Shown here: piece by piece, positions 57,534 to 64,000 of the stretch
Numbering within the stretch: the stretch's first letter is position 1
Layout: each line of letters opens with the position of its first letter
Origin: an uncultured Planctomycetota bacterium
GTDB lineage: Bacteria > Planctomycetota > Planctomycetia > Isosphaerales > Isosphaeraceae
Length of the DNA: 64,000 bases
Assembly (NCBI GenBank): GCA_963823665.1
Contig: CAWGMQ010000010.1
Span: 2,272,001-2,336,000, forward strand
Direction of reading: 5' to 3'
Translations under genes and position numbers: made by a program
The notes under the pieces: model-generated
Seen by the model: the letters and a program-made list of their open reading frames with translations, nothing else
Databases searched by the model: none
Told to the model about the DNA's origin: nothing

Positions 57534-59319
57534 TCACTGGTAGAGCGGAATGGCCGGTCCGCGATCGAAATGCGGTCTCGAGTCGGTGTTCGAGCAGCTC
57601 CGGCACGCAGTGCCGAGAAAGCCGGCCAGCTCGGCCTTCGTGAAGTCGTAGTAGGAGGTCAGGAGCCTGGAGTAGGCTGCCGCGGGTGCCGGCTCAAGCG
57701 GCGTCGCGCCCGTCGACAATAAATGAGCGCATGAAACGAGCGCGTCGTTGATCTGGTCGGCACGCGATTCGAGAGGCAGGACTTTACTCCACTTCCAGTT
57801 TCGCAGCCGCTCGGCCTGCGCACCGAGGTCGAAGGACACGACGAACATCCTTGCGGCCAGGGCGACTGATAGCGTGTACATGAACGTCTCGGGCCAGAGC
57901 GACGGCAAGAAAGCCAGATGACAGCGTTCATTCCTGAGGCGATGGAACACTTCGCGCTCGCGATACGCTCCGGTGATGTGAACGTTGCCGAGCCGGGCGA
58001 ACTCGCGGTCGCGGTCAGTCGATCCCACGACGTGGAATTCCAGCGGGAGCTGACGGCCGAGCGCATCGCGAGCGCAAGCGAGAAGTGCCTCGGAGCCTTT
58101 GATCTGAACGATCGAGCCGAGCACCGCGACGCGAACCACGTCACCGGAGCGCAAGGGCGCCGCGACGCTCGCCAAGTCGGGCAGGCTCTCGAAATGGGGC
58201 CGGAGTAGAATCGGCAAGTCTGGGAAATAACGCCTCAACCTGCGGCGAACATCGTCGCTGGGCGCGAACACCCGGCGAGCGTTCTGGAGGCTGCGTGAAA
58301 AGCGATCTCGCCAGCTCGCGATCGAATCGGCGACACGCTTGCCATTGTAGTCACCCAGACGGGCCAGGCAGCGATTGCAGCCCTCCTCATCCGGCTCGCC
58401 GCAATAACTCCCGTTCGCCCGATTGAGATGCGCTCGGGGGCAGATCGCGAAATAATCATGGATGGTCCAGTCATAAGAGACGCCGGACTCGGGTAGCCAT
58501 TCGAGGAAGCTAGGCGGCAGCCCCATCACATGATGAACGTGCGCGTGCACCGGCCTGAGCAGTTGCAGCAGCTCGTCGAAGCTCTCGCGATCGCCAGGAA
58601 ACTCTCGGGACCACAGGACGTACCAGAAATCGTCGCGCTCTTCCGTGATCAGGGAACCCGTCGCGCCGGCGCGAACAAGTACCGGGCGCACTCCCTCGTG
58701 CTTGAGAGCCGCCGCGAGCTCACGAACGTGTCGCTCTGTGCCACCGCCGCCCCGGTGAGTGACCAGAAGGAAGACCGGCTTCTCGTTCGACGGGTGAAGA
58801 GCCCTGGTTTCACTGCGCAGGGTTCCGGGAACGGCTTCTCTGTCGTGGAGAATCGATCCTGCCGGCCGGCTCGCCGCTTGGGGCTAAATCGGACGCGCCG
58901 CTCATCGGAACTGCCGGCGAGCGGTGACGCAATCGAGAGAGTGCGATCGCCCGGCGAAGTTTGCTCAGAAACTGGGCCAACTGCCAGCTTCTCGACGATT
59001 GGATCTCGGCGAGCGCCGACTCGTAATGGCGGACCCTGGCGCACTCGTGCTCCAGCTCGTTCCTGAGTGGGGTCAGCACGACACCCCTGTCCTCGAGCTC
59101 GGCAATCTCGCGATGCAAACCGACGACGATCGCTTGCTCTTGTTCGAGCTCGCGGCTCACCTGCGCAAACACGGCATCCTGATCACGCCTGTCGCGCCGA
59201 GCTCGGGCAATGAATGATCGATTGACTCGGAGCCTGGACGATGAACCGAGTTGATTCGACCAGAACTCATACAGCCTCCCATCCGTGAGCTCTTGCTCCG
59301 GCGCCGATCGCATATACAC
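57534..59319 (-). CDS. GT-B (GT4-like) glycosyltransferase, copy 2, with N-terminal coiled coil; frameshift near 58810-58900
   Basis: ORF 58810-59319 (coiled coil, EIQSSRSWQL) joins the frame containing HRGGGGTERH, TIHDYFAICPR, YCGEP..CNRC and PSLWPETFMYTLS. Confidence 0.8.
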
Positions 59320-59351
59320 ACATTTACAATACTATTCCAAGAAGGCGGCTG

Positions 59352-59380
59352 ACTTTATCTGAGCCGCGCGGGGCTGTCAA
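59352..59380 (-). promoter_or_regulatory. Sigma70-type promoter for the GT4/GT-A copy 2 pair
   Basis: Minus strand reads TTGACA-N17-TAAAGT, about 35 nt upstream of the ORF start. Confidence 0.55.
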
Positions 59381-59453
59381 CCGATTCCTCAGCGAGACTT
59401 ACGACGCTTGTGGTTCCACCTCCCTACGAGCGGCCGGCTGAGGGTGCGGCCCC

Positions 59454-60407
59454 TTAGCGGGTCATGACAATGACGACCTGTTCGTTCAAGAGGTCGTCGC
59501 GTGAATACAGCTCGAGCAGATCGGGTGGGATCTCGTAGGGAGAGTCTTGTGTCGTGAGGAAAGAGTGAGTCGTGAAGCCCGCCTTCTGAACGTGCTCGGT
59601 CAGCTCCTTGACGGTGATGCGGTTGAGGCTATGGAACCCGTCGATGATCATGTCGCAAACGGAATCCACCGATCGCTCGTCGAAGCCCGCGTCACGATGG
59701 GCCGCAGGCACGTTGTCCAAGCTTCCTGTGCGAAGTCGTTTGAACAACTCCTCCTGCGACAGCTTGAGATGGACCCAGGGCTCATCGAGAATGTGCCGGA
59801 GATGGCCACCATGCGGCGAGTAGTAAAGCGGCGCTATCTGGAGAAAGAAAGCCCCTCCCGGCCTGAGCACCCGGTGGATCTCGCCGAGAGCGAATGGGAC
59901 ATCGGCGACGTGCTCGAAGACGGACCATGCAAATACGCCGTCGAATGTGCCGGTTTCAAAGGCCAGGGGTTCGTCGGCGCGAACGCGTTTCAGGCTGACT
60001 TTCGGGAACCCATTTCCGGGGCCGAACATCCTGTCGAATCGATCCTCGACTCCAACGAAATCGGGCATGACATCGACGCCGTGGACTTCCCTGACGAACC
60101 GCGCCAGGCCCTTGGCCATGAGACCTTCGCCGCAGCCGAAGTCGAGGATCTTCGATTCCTTGAGCGGCAGCAGCTCGGCCAGTTGCGTGGCAACGATTCG
60201 TGGCACCTTGATGAAGTGCTCGTAAAACCAAAGATCGTGGGTGGCGAGAGCCTCAAGCTCGGGCGATTCCGGAGGCAAAGGCACTGGGGGAGCCGGAGCC
60301 GCCGCTTGCGCTGCGTGAGACGGCCGCAAAGCGCGGCGGAGCGAGCAAGGCGCCCATCGGCTCCGTAGCACGCGACCGACAATCCGGCGAAGGGTTTTGG
60401 CCGGCAT
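59454..60407 (-). CDS. Class I SAM-dependent methyltransferase
   Basis: ILDFGCGEG, GVDV, and FDGVFAWSVFEHV.D...EIHRVLRPGG...PLYYSPHGGH. Confidence 0.88.
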   Translation of the reverse strand: MPAKTLRRIVGRVLRSRWAPCSLRRALRPSHAAQAAAPAPPVPLPPESPELEALATHDLWFYEHFIKVPRIVATQLAELLPLKESKILDFGCGEGLMAKGLARFVREVHGVDVMPDFVGVEDRFDRMFGPGNGFPKVSLKRVRADEPLAFETGTFDGVFAWSVFEHVADVPFALGEIHRVLRPGGAFFLQIAPLYYSPHGGHLRHILDEPWVHLKLSQEELFKRLRTGSLDNVPAAHRDAGFDERSVDSVCDMIIDGFHSLNRITVKELTEHVQKAGFTTHSFLTTQDSPYEIPPDLLELYSRDDLLNEQVVIVMTR

Positions 60408-60542
60408 CGCTGTCCTTCCTTGGACGGGAGAATGAGCTCGAGAGCCCGGACCGGGTAGGGTAGCGAAGCATTATATGAGATGGGCGGACGCACACAAGCT
60501 GACTTGCAATTCCCTGCGCGAGCGCGCGCTTATCGTGAAATC

Positions 60543-62288
60543 TTATCGGCGGCGAGAACCGCGGAACCGCGTGATTTTGCGTCGGAATCGCGCGTGCAAT
60601 GCCGTTTTCAGGCCGTGCCACGACTCGCGAACACCCGGCGGATCAGTTGCATTCGTGCATTGCCGCGAGTTCCTATTGGACCAATCGACGATTGCCTCAC
60701 GCAATGAGCGCCGCAGACACAATGAGCGAACGGATGGGTGCAAGATGGCTGAACGATATGCCTCGAAAGTCGCGCGTGCGGTTTTTTCCCAACTGAAATC
60801 GCGGACACGGTGGTATCCCCGTTTGCGCAGATTTTCACGCAGCGCTCTGTCGGCGGCGACGGATTGCATGGCGCGGCAAAGCGAATCGGGCGACAGGCTG
60901 TCGGCGAAGAGCGCGCCGTCGCCGCAGACCTCCGGCATGGCCGATGCCGGCAGTGCGATCACGGGCGTGCCGAGGGCCATCGCTTCGAGCGGCGGCAAGC
61001 CGAACCCTTCGTAGAGGGAGGCGAACACGAGCGCCTCGGCATGTGCGTAGAGACGAACGAGATGCTGCTGCGGGACGGGACCGAGAAAGACCACGCCGCT
61101 GGGGGCAGCCGCGTGCTCAAGATCGGGATACAGGGCGTTACGCGCGCCAGAGGAATAACCGGCGAGAACCAGGCCTGGAGGCTCACCGCGGTTCCATCGC
61201 GCTCTCAGACGCGCATACGCGTCGAGCAGCGTAGCCAGGTTCTTGTGAGGATAGTCGCTCGACACGCTGAAAAAGTATCGCTCCGGCATGCGGCGGATCG
61301 GTCGGATCGCCCTGGCATCGGCCGCGTTTCCATGCTCTGCTCCGTGCATGACGACTGGGATTTCCGAGTGCGGGATGCCAAATTCGGCGGCGATCTCGTC
61401 TCGTACACTGTGCGATATCGCGATGACCCGCTGCACGGCCGGCAGCACGAGCCGGCTGGTTGCGCGATAGGTGTCAAACCTCGACTCCGAAGCAAACACC
61501 AGAGGAATGCGGAATGCGATCAAGTCTTGATAGGTGATCACCAGGTGAGCATTTGACTCGAAGAGCAGGCGGAGCTCTCCGGGATCGAGCACCTGCGCGG
61601 GCTTGTGGATCAAGTCGACGTCGTCGGCCCATGCCGCGGCAGGGACGATGCGTCCGCGCAATCCCCGGGCCTGGGCCGGGTTTTGAACCAGGAGCGTGAG
61701 CTCGAGCTCGGGCAGCTTGACCAGCTCGCGGGCGAGGCTGACGGCGTACGTGCGGGTGCCGACCTGCTCTCGAGGCAGGTCGCGCAGGTCGAGCGCGACC
61801 CGGAGTTTTCCAAGGCTTTCGACCCGGGAATCACATGATGCCCGGCATCGGGCTGGTTCGCCTGCGTTCGCTCGGTGCGCGGCGTCATGCGCGATGCTCG
61901 CCTCGGCGCGCGACTGGCTGGACAATCCACCCTCCCGAGGAGTCGGAGCCCTCAACGCCACAAGACAACGGCGATGGACGGTTTCTGTGAAGTAAGCCAC
62001 GGAACCCGATCGAAGACGATGACCCGGCGCGGCGCATGCTAGTGTTTCCTTCAACTTTGGTCCAGCCCCGGTTGGCCCGGCAAAGACAATTCGGTCCAAG
62101 GATCGGTTGTGGGCGGCTGGCTCCCCCGGTATCCACGATTCCGAACTGAGCTTGTCGCTTTGGCCCGAAACAGCTAAGAAATGCCACTGGGATGCCATCA
62201 TGCCTGCTGAGATTGTACCGGCAAGGGGAACAGGATGTTCAGGAATCCTCGAGCCAGTCGCCGCCGCCCGTGCCGGAGCCGAGCTCAC
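60543..62288 (-). CDS. GT4 family glycosyltransferase
   Basis: LRVALD..GTRTY, TYQDLI, IAISHSV, PHKNL, SLYEGFGLPPLEAMALGTPV and FSWEKTA. The N-terminal ~155 aa look low-quality and the start is uncertain. Confidence 0.85.
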   Translation of the reverse strand: MSSAPARAAATGSRIPEHPVPLAGTISAGMMASQWHFLAVSGQSDKLSSESWIPGEPAAHNRSLDRIVFAGPTGAGPKLKETLACAAPGHRLRSGSVAYFTETVHRRCLVALRAPTPREGGLSSQSRAEASIAHDAAHRANAGEPARCRASCDSRVESLGKLRVALDLRDLPREQVGTRTYAVSLARELVKLPELELTLLVQNPAQARGLRGRIVPAAAWADDVDLIHKPAQVLDPGELRLLFESNAHLVITYQDLIAFRIPLVFASESRFDTYRATSRLVLPAVQRVIAISHSVRDEIAAEFGIPHSEIPVVMHGAEHGNAADARAIRPIRRMPERYFFSVSSDYPHKNLATLLDAYARLRARWNRGEPPGLVLAGYSSGARNALYPDLEHAAAPSGVVFLGPVPQQHLVRLYAHAEALVFASLYEGFGLPPLEAMALGTPVIALPASAMPEVCGDGALFADSLSPDSLCRAMQSVAADRALRENLRKRGYHRVRDFSWEKTARATFEAYRSAILHPSVRSLCLRRSLREAIVDWSNRNSRQCTNATDPPGVRESWHGLKTALHARFRRKITRFRGSRRR

Positions 62289-62447
62289 TACTCATCTTTG
62301 CGGGCTTGGCGGCCGCGATTTCCGTGCATCGCCGCATGAATCGCAAGCCCAAACAGCGGTGATGGGAGTCGCGTGGCGCGCCTCGTCGTCGCGCTCGACC
62401 GAAAAATGGCGGCCGAGGACAGAAGGTCAAGAGAAGCGGCGGGGACC

Positions 62448-63644
62448 ATGTCTGAACAACGGTCGCTAGCGCGGACTCGTCCTACAGTGATGCTCACACC
62501 CATCGATCAGCCGGCCGTGCGGCTGATTGCCTTTCATCTCCCGCAGTTCCACCCCGTGCCGGAAAACGATCGATGGTGGGGTACGGGGTTCACCGAGTGG
62601 ACGAACGTCGCCAGGGCAAAGCCTCTATTCCAGGGCCACTATCAGCCCCGTCTGCCGGCAGACCTGGGTTACTACGACCTGAGGGTGCCGGAGACGCGTC
62701 AAGCGCAGGCTGAACTCGCGAGCCAGTACGGAATCGAGGGGTTCTGTTACTGGCACTACTGGTTCCACGGAACTCGACTGCTCGAAAGACCGGTTGACGA
62801 GATTCTTGCCTCGGGCGAGCCCGACTTCCCGTTTTGCCTGGCCTGGGCGAACGAGTCGTGGTCGCGGAGCTGGCTAGGCGACGAGCGCGAGATCTTGATC
62901 GAGCAAAGGTACTCGGAGGGAGACGACCGGGGGCATGCCCGATGGCTGGCGCGCGCATTTGCCGACCCTCGCTACATCCACGTAAACGGCAGACCGATGC
63001 TCGTGATTTACAAGCCGCTCTCGCTGCCGGACGCGAAGCGGACCACGGAGATCTTTCGCGATGAATGCCGCAAGCTCGGCGGGCCCGAGCCTTACCTGGT
63101 CGGCATCGACGCGCACTGCCCGGGCACCGACATGCGCGCGCTCGGCTTCGACATGACCGAGCATCACGAGCCGCAACTGGGCGCGCTCGGGCCCGACGCG
63201 TTCATCGACGGGCCGCGCCGGTCCAAGATCCTGCGGAATCTGCGGCAAGGCATCATCAGCGCGAGCCTCAAGGTTTATTCGCATCGACGAGCGGTCGGGT
63301 GGATGGCGCAGGTGCGGCCGCCGTTCCCGCACTTTCCCTGCTGCTTCACCGGCTGGGACAACACGGCCCGACGGGTCGCTGACGCGATCGTGATGATCGA
63401 CTCCGGCCCCGAGATCTTCGCCAGCCAGCTCGAGCTCCTGTCCAGGAGCGTGCTGCACAGGGAGCGTGAGGAGCGCGTGGTGTTCATCAACGCGTGGAAC
63501 GAATGGGCCGAGGGGATGTACCTCGAGCCCGACGTGAAATTCGGGCACGAATATTTAAATGCTGTTGCGCAAGTCCTCGAGGAAGTGTCAAAGTCGGCGG
63601 GAACGAGGTCGGATCGCGTGTTGCTTTCGGCGAAGGCGTGTTGA
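62448..63644 (+). CDS. WbsX-family glycosyltransferase / GH99-like domain protein
   Basis: RLIAFHLPQFHPVPENDRWWG.GFTEWTNV, LGYYDLR, FCYWHYWF, WANESW, GWDNTAR and FINAWNEWAEG.YLEPD. Confidence 0.92.
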   Translation: MSEQRSLARTRPTVMLTPIDQPAVRLIAFHLPQFHPVPENDRWWGTGFTEWTNVARAKPLFQGHYQPRLPADLGYYDLRVPETRQAQAELASQYGIEGFCYWHYWFHGTRLLERPVDEILASGEPDFPFCLAWANESWSRSWLGDEREILIEQRYSEGDDRGHARWLARAFADPRYIHVNGRPMLVIYKPLSLPDAKRTTEIFRDECRKLGGPEPYLVGIDAHCPGTDMRALGFDMTEHHEPQLGALGPDAFIDGPRRSKILRNLRQGIISASLKVYSHRRAVGWMAQVRPPFPHFPCCFTGWDNTARRVADAIVMIDSGPEIFASQLELLSRSVLHREREERVVFINAWNEWAEGMYLEPDVKFGHEYLNAVAQVLEEVSKSAGTRSDRVLLSAKAC

Positions 63645-63818
63645 TTGAGCCGCCTGAAGCGTCACGAGGCGCCGTTCAAATCGCGCCCTACCGCGTGCCG
63701 AGACGGGTCAATCGTTGGCGATCACAAGTCGGGTTCCGACGTTCGTCTGGAGCGTGCGATGGTAGAATTGAAAGCAAGTCGGCGCCTGTGGAGCATTCTG
63801 GCCAGATGCCTCGTAAAT

Positions 63819-64000
63819 GTGATTGGAACCGACCGGCCCGGAGCGCGTAATGCGAGGATTACGCGATTACTCGAGCATACGGCTCCGCTCCTCTTCGTCG
63901 CGATCGCGGCGATACCGCTCTTTCGCAGGCTTCGTCATCCCACGATTGTGGGGGACGACGTGACGAGGCTCGTGGCCCTGATCGAGCGGCCCTTTCGCGA
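63819..64000 (+). CDS. 5' part of a probable membrane protein (possible GT-C), runs off the window
   Basis: Open frame reads ...TRLLEHTAPLLFVAIAAIPLFRRLRHPTIVGDDVTRLVALIERPFR: a TM helix followed by a DD motif. Confidence 0.4.
   Translation, partial: MIGTDRPGARNARITRLLEHTAPLLFVAIAAIPLFRRLRHPTIVGDDVTRLVALIERPFR

Noticed and set aside
3482..59319. Programmed frameshifting or mass pseudogenisation (PSD1, DUF1501, GH51, xylB, metG, wecB, GTs, ATP-grasp)
   Set aside because: Single-base indels are scattered across unrelated genes, including normally essential metG. I saw no shared slippery motif and no accumulation of in-frame stops. Long-read or assembly error is the simplest explanation; read mapping would settle it.
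721..63548. Long antisense or alternate-frame ORFs (e.g. 1388-2560, 15932-17095, 23194-24231, 29837-31270, 46521-47816, 51937-53676)
   Set aside because: These are shadow ORFs expected in high-GC DNA. They overlap well-supported genes, are Arg/Ala/Pro-rich and lack family motifs.
1..64000. tRNA, rRNA, IS elements, integrases, prophage genes
   Set aside because: None recognised by eye or in the ORF translations. A tRNA or Rfam scan was not possible.

Overview
High-GC bacterial chromosomal segment with clear Planctomycetota hallmarks: a PSD1/planctomycete cytochrome c gene followed by DUF1501, two DUF1559 genes and a PEP-CTERM protein (Isosphaeraceae-like is an inference). The left half (1-32.6 kb) holds tandem ABC-type permease paralogues, a BlaI repressor with two tandem M56 peptidases, a GH51 hydrolase, a MetE-like enzyme, xylB, ispG, gabD, metG and a CusRS-like two-component pair. 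The right half (32.6-64 kb) is a large surface-glycan locus built partly from internal duplications. At least 10 genes carry single-base frameshifts, including the normally essential metG, which most likely reflects read or assembly error. No rRNA, tRNA, transposase, integrase or true CRISPR array was recognised. The most unusual signal is in two unlinked DUF1016/YhcG nuclease-family genes. Both carry repeated in-frame DNA palindromes in the same codon register (GTC-N6-N-N6'-GAC-AA). The inner arms differ at 5 of 6 positions between the genes yet remain self-complementary. Other notable items are M56 peptidases with secretin-like C-termini, a blaI 3' stump left by duplication, a CusR/CopR-type box in front of a DUF1559-lipoprotein operon, GT-B enzymes missing their donor-binding half, and REP-like hairpins between convergent genes.
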